This document shows, in pieces, positions 39,954 to 53,640 of a stretch of DNA of 64,000 nt (position 1 is the stretch's first letter; each line of letters begins with the position of its first letter). Source of the stretch: Heptranchias perlo (lineage: Eukaryota). The translations under genes were made by a program, and so were the position numbers. The stretch covers positions 34,906,001-34,970,000 of the forward strand of contig NC_090339.1 of NCBI RefSeq assembly GCF_035084215.1. The letters run 5' to 3'. The notes under the pieces are model-generated. The model did no database searches and was not told the DNA's origin. It saw only the letters and a program-made list of their open reading frames with translations.

Positions 39954-41962
39954 GGGCCCGATATTAGGAGCGTGGCAGGTTGGCAGCGGGGGGTCGACTG
40001 GGCGCGTGGGTTAAATCGGGGTGCTCTGCACACGATTGCAGCTTGATTGAAGCCACTTACCTTTGCTTCCGGGTTTCCCGCTGGTAAGCTGCGCAGTGGG
40101 CGGACTGCGCATACGCAGCATAGGCTGTCAGCTGGAGGAGCCCTATTTAAAGGGGCAGTCCTCCACTGACTCATGCTGCAGAAAATAGGCAAAATTACAG
40201 CATGGAGCAGCCCAGGGGGAAGGCTGCTCCCAGGTTTAATGATGCCTTATTCCAGGTATCATTGGATGGGGTGAGGAAGAGGGGGAGGACAGAGATCTTC
40301 CCCCCGGCGGGCGGGAGGAAGCGGCCTGCCTCTGCCGCCAAGAAGGCCTGGCTCGAGGTGGCAGAGGAGGTCACCAGCACCACCAACATATCACGCACCT
40401 GCATTAAGTGCAGGAGGCGCTTCAATGACCTAAGTAGGTCAGCCGAAGTGAGTACACTTACTCATTCCCCTACACTCCGTCTGCCACATCACCGCCCCCA
40501 CCCCACATCTCCTTCTGCACTACCAACACAACTCTATCACGTCACTCCTCACACCCATTCAAAGCTCATCCTCATCTTACCTGCACTTACTCAACTCGCC
40601 AGTACTCATCCCACCACTACCACTCAACCCAATCCTCATACAATCTCATGGCTCTATCTCATACTCACCCTCTCATGCATCTCTTTCATGGTCAGCCTCA
40701 CTCAACCTGCCACTATCTGTGCTGCAGCCACAGGGCATGCATCACATATGTGCAGTAGGAAGCGTAAGGCAAACGTGTCATGAGCATGAAGGGGATGCAC
40801 AAGGGTGTTCGAGGGTTTGTCATGGTTTTTACTTATATTTAATTTCTGATCAACTCACATTACATATTATATTGTCACCACTACTGCCACGTCTTTGCGA
40901 ATCTTGTCTGGTTTGTGCAATAATGCCCTTTCCTGAGGATCACAATGAAGACCTACAACTGATGCCACCCATTGTGTCACTGCAGAGTGGGTGTAGGTGT
41001 ATTTGCAGGGCTCTTTTGTGCAGATGACTGAGAGATGTCGGCGATGTCCCCGGTGGCACCCTGGAAGGATGTGAAGGAGAAGTTGTTGAGGCCAGTGGTG
41101 ACTTTGACAGCGACAGGTAAGATGATGACGTTCAGGCCAGCCGGGAGCATCTCGGCATGAAGGAGGATGCAAGATGTCCACGACTACATGTCGAGTGACT
41201 CTGAGCCTCCGTGTGCACTGCTGCTCAGAGAGGTCCAGGAAGCTGAGCCTCGGTCTGTAGACCCTGTGGCGAGGGTAGTGCCTTCTGCGATGCATCTCTC
41301 TCTGCCGTTGCCCTCCCTCCTGCTGTGCAGGTGGATGTATCACAGCACTGTGTTGTGGAGCTCCACGTGTCAGAGGTGGACGGCGAGACTGGTGATGCTG
41401 TTCGTCCTGCGAGGAGGTCATGATTGCAGCTACGGCGGCCCCCATCTGGAAGACGTACGTTTGAGGGGGTCCGCAAGGTAGGTAAATGTGTCTGCACACC
41501 GGGGTAATTGTGCAAGTTGATGAATTTTATTGTTAGGAGGAGGGTGGTGGAGGCCAAACTTTGTCCAAAGTGACAGAGTGGCCTCCTGCAATGAGTGAGG
41601 GTCTGCCCCCCTCACCTGTCAAATGGACCTTTGCAGCTGCCACAGGCTGATGGCTGCAAAACGTCCATTTCAACTGGGAGTGTTTCCCCCAGTACGGGAA
41701 ACAGTCCCAGTTGTTTGGAAAATCCCACCCCTCCTAAAATATCAGGTCAATCAGGTCTGTAAACGACCTGAAGTACCTGGTTAATTACTTCAAGTGGCAT
41801 CGAGTCCCACATGTGGGGGCTGCGAGCGCATGTCAGCACGTCACTGGGGAACCCGGAAGTGGGCGGATTGGAGCCAGGCTCCGGACCCGCCCCGGGAATC
41901 CCCGATTTTCGCAGCCCCCCCCGCCACGAACGCACCCACTCGGGGGTGCGAAAATCGAGCCC
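39954..41962. mobile_element. PIF/Harbinger internal-deletion element (2009 bp): Myb/SANT gene 5' part (+) and transposase 5' part (-), convergent
   Basis: TTA TSD at 39951-53 and 41963-65; TIR gggcccgatatt / aaaatcgagccc; AAPRF..AWLEVAEEV..CRRRFNDL at 40202; RRHYPRHRVYRPRLSFLDLSEQQCTRRLR on the minus strand. Confidence 0.92.
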
Positions 41963-41984
41963 TTAAAATCAGATTTTCTGTTTT

Positions 41985-42272
41985 GGTGGGTCAGCGAGCA
42001 AAGGGTGTGGTACTGAGCCGCTGAGCCGTACAGACCAGGAGAATCTCAGGTTTGAATACTAGTCTGTGATGAGTTAGCCACCTCAATATCACTGGGTTCA
42101 GGAGAGAAATACATCACTCAGGGTGCACATTCCTGATTGTTATCCTGCTGGAAAGTGTGCATTTGTGGAAATTGGGGAAGGGCAGAATTAGGTTCAGCTT
42201 TCAACACCCCCATGGTCAAGAAGTTAGCCAATAGCCACTGTCTGGAGATGAAGAATGGGCACTTGGCTGGGA
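41985..42272 (+). mobile_element. UCON3-like ancient SINE
   Basis: actgagccg..tacagaccagga..gtctgtgatgagttagc..cctgctggaaagtgtg..atgaagaatgggcacttgg; family name from recall. Confidence 0.6.
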
Positions 42273-42639
42273 CACTAGAGGCTGGTCCTCCGCCTCCCCC
42301 CCCCACCCCAGTTGTCCAGTTCAGAAGAGAGGAAAAGGGATATATGAGGTGAAAACTCTAAAGATTCTTTCTTCCAGTGAGCTGAATAAAAATAGAAACA
42401 AATTCCAATGATCCTTTTGAATAGGAATTCTACAGCTTTAAACATTCAGTGTTCTGCTTTCCACAGATCTCTAGATTTCTCATGACAAACATTCATTCCA
42501 CCAATGTGCAGTGACAGAACTATTCTCCGTGGTTTGCTATGTACAGGTGAGGTGAAACAAACAGTTCCCTACATCATATCAATATTGAAACCCCTCCTAC
42601 ATCAAGTTAACACGGAACCCATCACATTAAATTAGTACA

Positions 42640-43590
42640 AAGGCAGCCCAGCGACTCAATGTGGAGTCTCACCAAATTACTTCAATAATGTCACAGACGC
42701 TTTTCCCTTAACATCCTAAAACGTAACAACATAGGAAAATATTGAACAAGGCCATTTTGGAGCACAAGACCCATTTCCTTTCAAAGACTAACCATAATCT
42801 TTATCTATCTACTCCAACATGGATGCCACCCTATTCATTTAATCTCCTATGGGATATTTTTGTAAATTGTCTTCTTGATCCCCACAGTAAATCCAGTAAA
42901 ACTCCTGACTTTCTGATTAATATTACATTTTGCATTATACATCAATGACCAACTGAACTTACATTTCTATTGTCCTAACATCTCAGTAACCATGACATTC
43001 CATGAAACATTTGATCACCACTATCTGTATATATTCTTGCAACCTTAATCCTGTTCATAGCCGAGTATTAATCCAGCATTTTTTAAAGGTGTTAATTAGC
43101 ATGGCAGTAACTGCTTTAGCTAGGAATGTGTTCAAATATCAATTATTTTATATGGGGGTGGGGGAGGGGATTTCCTTCTAATCTCAAATGTTACCCGAGG
43201 TTTATTAATTTTATCCTTGTGTCCTCTAGTTCTGAAAATCCCCTCCAGCCACATTATCTAATGACCTTCAGCATTATAAAACTTGTATCTGGTCCTCTAA
43301 TTGATCGAGTTTTCTTCTTTAATTAAATTGTGTAAATCTGCCTTCATTACTTAGAGGCCCAAGTTTTCTTCGATTTGTCTTCAGTGCATCTTTCGAAGGT
43401 AGCATGTTTAAAACTGAATGCAATATTCCAAATATGGCCTCACCAATGACCTTTACAAGGTTACAATAACTTTTCTTATAAAAAATGCCCGTGAGATAAG
43501 TCCCAATATGTGATTAGCCTTGTTCGTAATAGTTTGGATTTGACTAATCAGCCTCAAATCTTTTTCATTCTTTGATAATGGACATCAGTT
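42640..43590 (-). mobile_element. Old degraded CR1 fragments
   Basis: Residual APE-like (VMVTEM) and RT 3' sequence (aactgaatgcaatattcca..ggcctcacc). Confidence 0.45.
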
Positions 43591-43597
43591 CATTCTG

Positions 43598-46500
43598 GGC
43601 TGGATTTTCTTCCGTGGTGGATTCACCATTGGAAGTGCAAGAGGACAACATTTCTCCCAGCTGTTGTGACTTGACATTGACCCCATCTAATTTGCCTAGG
43701 TCGGGTTAATTGTAATATTGAAGGCAAGCTCCCAACACGATTTGCGCCATCTATTTGGGGAAGGGGGGAAATCCAGTACTATTGCAGCAGCTTAAAGGGC
43801 AGACCAGCAACAATCTAGGAGCAAGAAACTGGACTAGCCAAAAGGTAAGGAAGCAGGGCCCAGAGCTCCCAAGTTGTCTGATTCCTCCATAGAAGTTTAA
43901 TTGTCCAAAATAAGGCAAAGGAAAAAGCAGATATTTAGCAAGGAGGCCAACCAAAGGCATGGTGCAGGCCCACACAGGAAGAAGTTGACCATATCAGTGA
44001 GTGCTATCTACAGCACTTATATTACAGTGCTACAGCAACCCCCACTAGCTACTCAGTGCAGGAACAAGTTCAATGACCTCCAAAGGTTAACCAAGGCACA
44101 AGGAGACAGCCACGTCTTGCAACAATGCAATGTAATAAACATGTTTTACATTTCCATTCACCTTGCCTTCCCTGTGATGAACACCATCTATATCTTACCT
44201 GAAATGTTCACAAGGTACTTCGACAATCTTCACAGCCCTTTCCTTCCCCTGAAAATATCCCTTTGTTCATAACCTAGCAATGAATAACTCACAAGGTATG
44301 TATTTATTTATTTCCTGTACCTGTTATCATCCACATTAAGGAGTACTTTCTCAAACCTGGGTTGCATTTCATAAGATAGCAAGCAGAGGATATTTACACT
44401 CTCTACTTTCATCATAAAGGCAAAAATGTCCCAGAATCAACAAAAGAGAACTGCCATAGAAGGTGGAACCCCCAGCCTCTGACCTCTCACCCCTTACAAG
44501 GAGGAAGTCCTGGAAGTGTTGGGCAGGTAGAATGGAGAGACAGTGGGAGAGAGGTAAGTAGGAGGGGAGATGCCAGCTGCAGGTTGGACAGGAAATTCAT
44601 CTCATGTCTGCTTAGTTCCTGTTGCTCAACTGAATTCAGTCACCACAATACATTGTGAAAGCTTCAGCTCAAAACTTGTTCTGAAAGAGTTAAGACATTC
44701 TGCACCTTACCTCTTCTTTTTCTGTCCTCCTAGGTGTGCTGCATCAACACGCTAAGAGCATCAAGAGGAACCTGGCCTCTTCTTCATCACCTTTCTAGTA
44801 CATCTTCAACCACTCTCTCTGTCCCAAGCACCAGCTCTGAGACACCCACTTGGGTGGGGAGGTGGGGGGTATGTAGAGAGCCTGAACGTAATGCATAGGG
44901 TGATGTCCTGAGCAAGAGGGGCCAAGAGGAGCTAGGGGTCGAAGCTGAGGAGGCATTTGCTGCTGGCTTGAGAGTCAGGAGATGTCAAGCTTGGCTGAAG
45001 AGATTCCTTTGCCAGATTACAGGTCTGGCATCTAAAAGGATGTGTGTAGAGCATCAAACTTATATTGACTCGGAATGTGCTGCAGATAGTGACTCAGTTT
45101 GAGGAGTTCACTAACTGCATCTGCAGTACCATGATGAATGTGTTTGCAGCTATACAGTCAATCCTGGAGTGCATGGTACCTGCAAAACAATCTGCAGCTG
45201 AGGCCCCTCCACCAGAGGAACTAAGGCCAACTAAGTAGCATTTGGCATTGCAGCTGTGACTGCTGCCATAGATATCTTAGGCACCAGATTGGAGAGGGCT
45301 ATGTCTCAGGGCTGCTCTGATCTGATTGGTACCATTTGGTTTACTTTCCCTTCCTGTGGATCAGTCTTCAAAGAGAGACAGAGCTAAGTGACCTAACAGT
45401 GGCCTGCAGATGTCTCACAGCTGGCAAAGGGTTCTCCTGTGTCATTCTCAAATGGGGCCCTGGATGCCTGCTGACCCTGCTGGTCTTGTTCACCTTCCTT
45501 TTTCCTTTCCAGAACTTTGATCAGGAGTCTGTTGTGAATTGCAAAATTGTGTAGAATGCAACAAACTACAATAAGGCCCCCTGGCTGGTCTCGATGGGTT
45601 CACTCCCTCAGACCTTACAGGATACCAATGGTCTGCTCTATTACATTCCGGTGGCATTATGAGTCTCATTGTATCAATACTCAGCAGGGTCCTCAGAATC
45701 TGAACAAAAGTCATCAGTCATTGATCACGAAGGTTTACCAGACTGATTCCTGGGATGGCAGGACTGACGTATGAGGAGAGATTGGGTCGAATAGGCTTAT
45801 ATTCACTAGAGTTTAGAAGAATGAGAGGTGATCTCATCGAAACATATAAAATTCTAACAGGACTAGATAGACTAGATGCAGGGAAGATGTTCCTGATGGC
45901 TGGGGAGTCCAGAACTAGGGGGGGTCACAGTCTCAGGATACGGGGTATTCCATTTAGAACCGAGATGAGGAGAAATTTCTTCACTCAGAGGGTGGTGAAC
46001 CTGTGGAATTCTCTACCATAGAAGGCAGTGGAGGCCAAGTCATTAGATGTATTCAAGAAGGAGATAGATATATTTCTTAATGCTAAAGGGATAAAGGGAT
46101 ATGGGGAATAAACGGGAACAGGGTACTGAGTTAGACGATCAGCCATGATCATTTTGAATGGCGGAGCAAGCCCGAAGGGCCGAATGGCCTACTCTTGCTC
46201 CTATTTTCTATGTTTCTATGATCAGCCATCTAGAAATCTGCTTTTCACGCGATCATGGCAGCTTCTTTGATAGTGAGCAATCACATGTACCATGAGGTGG
46301 TTCTGATCGCATACCAACTGTAGGTTCATAGAGTGAAACCCCTTCCTGTTAAGAAAGTTCATAGCGTTCTTCAAAGGGGCACATACTGCAGCTTGCACCT
46401 GGGAAAATCCAGCCTCTCGATATAAATTTGACAGCCCTCTCACAGTGATACGCCAGATCCACAGGAAAGGTGATTGTCACATATGTCCCCTGACGCAGCC

Positions 46501-46780
46501 TGAAAGGAGCCAGTGGCGTTGTGAATTTGGCTGACACTAGAAATGCGGTGCTGGGTTCCAGGTCCAAGGCAAACAGTTGGCACAACTCCTGTTTGGCTCA
46601 AGAGGGAAGTGCATCCTTCTTAAGCAATATAGATTGTATGATACAACTACCTTGGTCTGTAAATAAAGAGTCGTGGATACTTGTAGGTAATTCTATGGTG
46701 CTTGATCAGTCTGGCCTCCCAACGTCCCCATCTTCCTCTTCTTGTAAAAGGTAACGAGAATCCATAAGGGAGATACTATT
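43598..46780. mobile_element. Old PIF/Harbinger element (Myb/SANT remnant on +, transposase remnant on -) with a CR1 inserted
   Basis: RAPKLSDSS..QCRNKFNDL at ~43860-44095; FLNRKGFHSMNLQLVCD on the minus strand at ~46330; right boundary approximate. Confidence 0.6.
45730..46220 (+). mobile_element. CR1 LINE 3' fragment
   Basis: GLTYEERLGRIGLYSLEFRRMRGDLIETYKIL; ttctatgtttctatg tail. Confidence 0.92.
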
Positions 46781-47015
46781 GTCTCCTGTGGTAAATGCCT
46801 AAAGGTGAAAAAAATGAAGGAGGGGGATAGTGGAGTTCAAGAAGCAGCCAGAGATGGACAGAAGAATTTAAATAAAATTTACAAGTGTGCAGAATTCTAA
46901 CAATAAAATTCAGTGCAGATAAGTTCAAAATCTTACACAGTGAAAAAATAGGGGGCCGTTCTTGATGAATGGTGTTGAATCGGGAAGAGACTTAGAGAGA
47001 TCTGGCAAAAACGGA

Positions 47016-47357
47016 AGAACTTACATTTCTATGGCACCTTTCACATCCAGAAAACATTCCAAAGTGCTTCATAGCCAATTAAGTCATTTTGAAGTGTAGT
47101 CACTGTTATAATGTAGGCAAATGCACCAGCCAGTTTCGAATAGTGACATGAGATCTTCTATGTTCACCTGAGCAGGCAGATGGAGCCTCAGTTTAACATC
47201 TCATCTGAAAAGATGACACCTGCGCCAGTGTAGCATTCACTCAGTACTTCATTGAAGTCCCTGACTAGATTAGGTACTCAGGTCTCTGGAGTGGGGCTTG
47301 ATCCCACAGCCTCCTACGTCCGATGCATGAATACTACCACTGCACCAAGGCTAACAC
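47016..47357 (-). mobile_element. Deu-domain SINE (SacSINE/AmnSINE-like)
   Basis: Minus strand has a tRNA-like head, the Deu-like core gatgttaaactgaggctccatctgcctgctcaggtgaacat, and an L2-type 3' tail. Confidence 0.7.
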
Positions 47358-47369
47358 TGGGCAGAGCAT

Positions 47370-47840
47370 CAATCAATAAAGTAAACAAAATGCTGAGCTA
47401 TAATCAATCAATATTGTATAACTTGGAGGCCGTCATGCTGAAGTTATATAGTGCTTTGCTCAGGTAGCCCCTTGAATATTGTGTTCAATTCAATTCTGGT
47501 TACTGAAGCACAAAGGAAATATTTAAGTCCTGGAAGCAGTGCAGAGAAGGGTTACAAGACTGATCTCTAGTGCCAAGGATGAGTTGTGAGAAAAACTCTA
47601 ACTTTTCAGCCTCGAAGGAGGTGAACAAGGTGGGATTTTACAGAGGTCTATAAGATATTAGGTGGAATACAAAAGGTTAATCATGAGCACTATTTCACGT
47701 TAAGCCAAGACTGTAGAGTAAGGGCACATAGGAATAAATCGGTAAAAGGCAAGGCTTAGATTGATGTGAGGAAACACTTCTTCACACAAAGAGTGATTAA
47801 CATCTGGAATTATTATCTGGGTAAGAGAGTAAAGACAAAA
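47370..47840 (+). mobile_element. Degraded CR1 3' fragment
   Basis: MLKLYSAL..LEYCVQF, EAVQRRVTRLI, RKHFFTQRVINIWN. Confidence 0.65.
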
Positions 47841-48633
47841 GACCCGATCTTAAGCCCCCGCGCCAGATGGAAACATTGTACTCATCCGATCCTCGATGAC
47901 TTTGCACCATTTTAACAGGTGCATTTTGGGCAGCATGTGAGGCCCTCACCACAGGCAGGCAAGGGCCTCGCTGAAATGCAAAAGTCAGGTCTTATGATAT
48001 AATTCAGACCCTGGCGAGATTTTAACGTGCAATTCACCCAGTGTCAGCCTCACCAGGGAAACCAGGCATCACGCAGGACTCAGCCCAGAAGAGAACTGGG
48101 AAGGTAAGTACAGTTAATTTTTTAGGGTTTCCTGAAAACCCCATAAATCCACAGGATCTGATGGTATGTTATGAAGACAGCACTTCCTGGAAACAGCTCT
48201 ACGGCAAGAAACTGGAGAGATGTTGGTGTCCACAATACACTAATCAACTTACTAAGTAGGTATGATTGTGTGGTTCTCGCTGCAGGTCAGCTATTGTTGT
48301 CACATGGTGCCCGAACTGCACAGTACTTGCTCGGTCAGTGAACCGCTGAGATTTATTCTTGTCACCCTTGCTGTTGTTCTCAGTGGATAGATTACAATCT
48401 ACCACAGATGCTTTGGGGTATGAATTTGCCTAGGGCGGTGGCACAAAATGTAGTGATATCATTTTCATTGTCGACGACTGAAAGGGGTAAAACTTCACCT
48501 TGGGTGATAGGGCAAAATAGGTGCCAGGCGCATTGTAGTCAGTTTTATTTCATTGTGGAAAAGAAAACTGGGTGGAATGCAAAACAGGCTACCAATTCGC
48601 TGGCATCTCTGTGTACTTCACCTGGAGCATCAG

Positions 48634-51600
48634 GCATGATTTTAGCAGGGAGGCAGGAAGTCCGTGGGTGGGTAAATAATCGCGTGGGAAACCTAGAAGT
48701 AATTTGAACACTTTGGATTGTGCGATCGCAACTCAATTGAAGGCACTTAATTTTACTTCCGGGTTTCACATCTCCAAGCTGCGCAGCAGGCATACTGCGC
48801 ACCCGCAGGAGGTGACCTGAACTCCACTATTTAAAGGGCCAATGCAAAAATGGATTTTGAAGGAGAAAAGAGGAAAAAGCGAAATGGAAGGACAAAGTGC
48901 AAAGGCAGCACCCAGGTTCTCAGACGCATCCCTTGAGATACTACTGGCTGCTGTGAGAAGCAGCAGGGAGGTGTTATACCCAGGTGACAGGATGAAGAAA
49001 CCCGCTTCTGCCACAAGGAAGGCATGGCTGGAGGTGGCAACACAGGTCAGCAGCAGGAGCACAGTGCCCAGGTCTTGGTTGCAGTGCAGGAAGCATTTTA
49101 ATGACCTAACCAGGTCAGGAAAAGTGAGTACAGTTGCTGATTCACCCATATCCTGTGTTGTGCAACACCCTCCATCCCCCTCACTCTGTGTTGGCTCGCC
49201 TACCCCATCACATCACTCCTCAAACTCACTTAAATCTCAGCATCAACCATCCTTCACTTTCTATGCACTTCCTCAACTCCCCATTTATGCACCCACCACT
49301 GCCAATCACCCCAATCTTGATGCAATGTGATGTATCTGTCTGATAGTCACCTTCTGATGAATCTGTTTCATTGCCAGCCTTACCCATAGCAATGCATTCA
49401 GAGGGTGAAAACGTCACCTTTAGTCACTCACAGGTCTATTCTTTCTCCCCTTATAGGAGAAGAGAGCGCAAGACATAAGGGAGAGGACCAGAACTGGAGG
49501 TGGTCCACCACATATTATGGAGCTGACAGATGTGGAGGAGGAGGCCATGGAAATAAGTGGGACAGTTGTCTGCCTATCCATCGCAGATGGAGAGACTTGG
49601 AACCCGCAGATGGCTGGTGACAGAACTTAAACATCTTTCACACACATGATGAATTGATTTTATTAATGAGTGAACTGTGCCAGTATGGTCATTGGAATGA
49701 TTGTCATTTTTCTGATGAATAATTCATATCGCTTACTGTTGAATTCCAGGGCCCTCACATCTTCAAGAACAATCAGGGGAAATGGAAGATATTGATTGCT
49801 CAGAAGACCTCATTCCTTCTGAAGGTGCTATGTCACATGACATAGAGCAATGCACCAGTGCAGATACTTGCACTTCGGTGGGTCCTGCTAGACAGTTAGT
49901 TGGGTTGTCACCTGGTGATTCACCACTCACCAGTGTGCACGAGCAGACACTGATGGAAGGGGCAGCAGTGGGGGGACGTACTCCTCTCCAAGCTCTGCTC
50001 AGCTGAACACAGATGCTGAACCCTGGGGGCCATCGTTGAGAAGGAGAATGATAGAGGTACAGCTACAGTGGCAAGGAAGGAGGGGTCCAACTCCATTGCT
50101 AGTGGATTGCTGTCGCAGGTAAGTGCGAGAACGTCTGCAATGGATAGAGCGGCAGCCTCCATTGAGCTTCAAGCATGGCTCTCAAATTAGTCTATCCAGG
50201 TCATGATAATGGCCGTGCAGACTCTGAATGCCAACATGTCTGCCGCCTTAAACAGGATGAGAGATACCTTATCCATGGCCTTAAAACGCAGCACATCTGC
50301 TCACCAACCTGCTGGCCAGCAGGGTGGTAGGAGTGATGTTGTGCTGGCCTGGGAGAGGGATGATGACGAAAGGCGACATGGAAGTGGGGACTCTACTCAA
50401 AGCGCTCCCACGTCTCACCAGTTGCCCTCCCCTCAACCAGTACCCGCAATGCTGCCTCCTTTTCCGATGGCCGAGTCCACCCCTGCACAGGTGCAGGTGG
50501 AGCAGTTTTTGGTGGGGCCCTCGCGAGCTCCAAAACCCAGAGATTTTAGGCCGAGAACATCTCAGCAGTCAGGGCAGGGACCTGAGCTACCTGCTGCCAC
50601 CTCTGCTGAAACCACAGGGGATGCACCAAGTGGAAGCGGCAGAAAGCGAAAGGTTAAGCAATTGTAGTTCACCAAGGTATGCACAGGGGTGTTTGACGAA
50701 ATGTCATGTTGTTCATTTTTATATTTATTTGTTATGCCACTTTAGAATTTAATCAATATCACCTCCACCACATCTTGGCCATTATTGCGTCCCATCTGTG
50801 AAATCACCCTTTCATTTGCTTCACCATGAATGCTAAGGCATTATGCCACGCAATGGGCGTATGTGCAATGAGTGTATGCGTGGTTGAAAGACTGTTTTGT
50901 GCAAAGGGAGGGGGGGTATGGGTTGTGGCAGTGGTGGTGGTTGGTCCAGACGGCCTGAGTAGTTCACTATCTTCAGTTTGTAGATTTCATTATGAGAACC
51001 TGTTAGATATGAGTGAATCCCTGGCATCACGAGTAGCTATGTGCGCCACTGCTCTGGGGATGGGTTCCCCATTTTCATTTTCCTCCGTCTCATGATCCTC
51101 CTCCTTGTCCTCCTCATCCTCTTATTCAATGTTGGTGCCAGCAGACGATGTTTGATGAGTGCATTCGAGCTCCTCCACCTGTAACCCTCTCTGCTGAGTG
51201 ATGTTGTGCAGGATGCAGCTCACGACTATTATTCTGCACACCCTCGCTAGTGAGCACTGAAAGGTTCCCCAGATCTATCGAGGCACCTGAAACACATCTT
51301 CAACATGCCTATGGCTTGCTCAATGACACACCCGGTGGTGATGTGGCTCTGGTTGTACCGCTGCTGTACCTCATTGGTGGGGTTTCTCACAGATGTCATG
51401 AGCCATGTTTGCGGGGCGTATCCCTTGTCTCCAAGGAGCCAGCTCTTAAGTTTGTCTCCTGTCTAGAAGAGGTCTGGAATGTTCGACTCGTGCAAAATGA
51501 ATGAATCATGACAGCTGCCAGGGAATCTGGTACACACCTGCAGAAATCTCTTCCGGTGGTCGCACACCAGCTGTGCATTGATGGAGTGATAGCCTTTTCG

Positions 51601-52760
51601 GTTTATGAACAGTTGTAGCTCATGTGGAGGTCCTCGGATGCTATGTGTATGCAATCAATTGTGCCCTGCATCCGTGGGAAGTCATCCAGAGAGCTGAAAT
51701 CCACTGCAGACTCATTCTAGCTGATATCAACACAGGGGAAGTTGATGTAGTCGAATGCCCTGGCAAACAAACCATCCGTCACCTGTCGTATACACTTATG
51801 TGCAGACAACTGACACATCCTGGAGATGTCACCGGTGGTGCCCCAGAAGGATCCAGAGGCAAAGAGATTGATGGCAGTAGTGATTTTAACTGTGATGGGC
51901 AATGCGTGGCCACCAGGTCCAGCTGGGAGCAGCTCTTCCTGAAGGAGGCTGCAGATGTCTGCGACCACCTGCTGACTCAATCTCAGCCTGTGTAGGCATT
52001 GCTCCTCAGAGGGGTTCAGGAAGCTCAGCCTCTGCCTGCATATCCTCTCACGTGGGTAGTGCCTCCTGTAACATTGGCAGGAGTTGGTCCTCTCTCTGTT
52101 CTTCTCCATGTCCTTGTCGCTCACCTCTGTCTTGTGCACCTGCAACTCTCAGAACTATACGACGTGCGTGCTGCAGATAGTGATGTGCCTCCCCCTCAGA
52201 TGTGCTGTGGAATACATCCATTACTTCCCCCCCATCCTGATGTTGTCAGCTTGAGGAACTCTAAAATGTTGGTAAATTTGTGTGAACACAAGAATTCTCA
52301 GTCTCAACAAAGAAATCGTAGTCTAAAGACAAAGAACTCCCAGCCAAACGTTTGTCTGAGAGAACTGAGTGCCCAGCTGCAATACCTCACCTTTTATTGA
52401 AACGAGTCAATCACAGATTAAAAGGGCCAAATAAGCTTCATCTGCATCTCACCTCCGTTTCAATGGCGTGTTTCAGAAGTCATGGGTGATACGTTCAGGA
52501 GAAGTTAAATCCGTTTCTGTTGCAGAATCCACAAAAAGTTAAGTACCTCAAGTGTTTAAACTACCCACATTGCCCCTTTAACAATCGGCCCGCTGGCTTC
52601 AAGTGGTGATGTGACTTCTGGGTTTCTGTTGTGCTCGCTCATCCTAATGCCCCTGGGTTAAACCCGGAAGTGGGTTCATTGGAGCCGGATGCGGTCCCGC
52701 TGAAGAAATCAACTATCTACCCACTCCCAGCCCACCCGTTCTTGGTGGTTAGATGACCCC
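48634..52760. mobile_element. Near-complete PIF/Harbinger transposon: spliced Myb/SANT gene (+, 48884-50667) and disrupted DDE transposase (-, ~52245-50960)
   Basis: AAPRFSD..AWLEVA..QCRKHFNDL|gtgagt; exon 2 EKRA..RERTRTGGG. Transposase motifs RRHYP..LSFLNPSEEQCLHRLR, FINRKGYHSINAQLVCD, FPGSCHDSFI. CAG on both flanks; TIRs degenerate. Confidence 0.88.
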
Positions 52761-53395
52761 CAGTGTGTCCAGTTCCAATCACCAAGACATAAGGGAGACG
52801 TTCAAGTGCTGGAGGCGGTACAGAGAAAAGCGACGAGACTAATACTTAGGGAGCAATTTTAACCTAACCCACCCATCGTAAAATTGACAGGATCGGGTGC
52901 AATGCTGGTTTTACAGCTCACCCGAATTCACTCTCCGTTGAAGTCAATAGAGAGTAATATTGGGCAGGGTGTAAAATGGGCGATCCACCCAATGCCGCAG
53001 GTTTCCTGCCCGGTGAGTTAGGTTAAAATTGACTTAGTGTTACAGTACTGAGTTATAAGGAAAGACAGAGAGTCTTGAGCTTTACTGCTTTGAAGGAGGT
53101 GATTGAGAGGTGATCTTATTGGGTTATATAAGATAATAAATGGTATAGAAAAGGTAGATCCAGAACACTATTCCAAATTAAACTGTGACAGAGGACAAAG
53201 GTCACAGGTTCAAACTAGTAAAATGCAAATTTATGTGAGGAAATTATTCTTCACACAAAGAGTGGCAAATACATGGAATGGTTAGGATTATAGAGGTAAA
53301 ACACTGGAATCATTTAAGAAACAACTGGATGCTGTGCTAGGGGTCCAGTTCTGGATGGTTGAGCTAACATGGACTGAATGGCTGTCCTTATTTAA
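52761..53395 (+). mobile_element. Degraded CR1 3' fragment containing a fold-back MITE (~52849-53033)
   Basis: CVQF..LEAVQRKATRLI and RGDLIGLYKII..FFTQRVANTWN; MITE TIRs caattttaacctaac / gttaggttaaaattg with cttag on both flanks. Confidence 0.75.
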
Positions 53396-53640
53396 ATCTA
53401 ACTTGTAGCCCTGTGAATGATTCAACGCTGACCTTGTTCCCCTTTCTCCTGTTGTCAGCCTGGTTTGTGATCTCCATTCACATAATAAAAAGCAGAATAG
53501 ACAGACATTTTCCCAGTGTTCCTATATACACAAAAGCATTAATGTATCCAAAATTCTCAACCGTACTGGACCTGTCAATGAGGAGATTCATCATTGGCCT
53601 CTCTCTCACACATCTGTGAACTGCTTCATTAAATCATTTT

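Noticed and set aside
48634-52760. Domesticated HARBI1/NAIF1 gene pair
   Set aside because: The transposase is frameshifted, the genes are convergent within transposon-like ends, and several related decayed copies lie nearby
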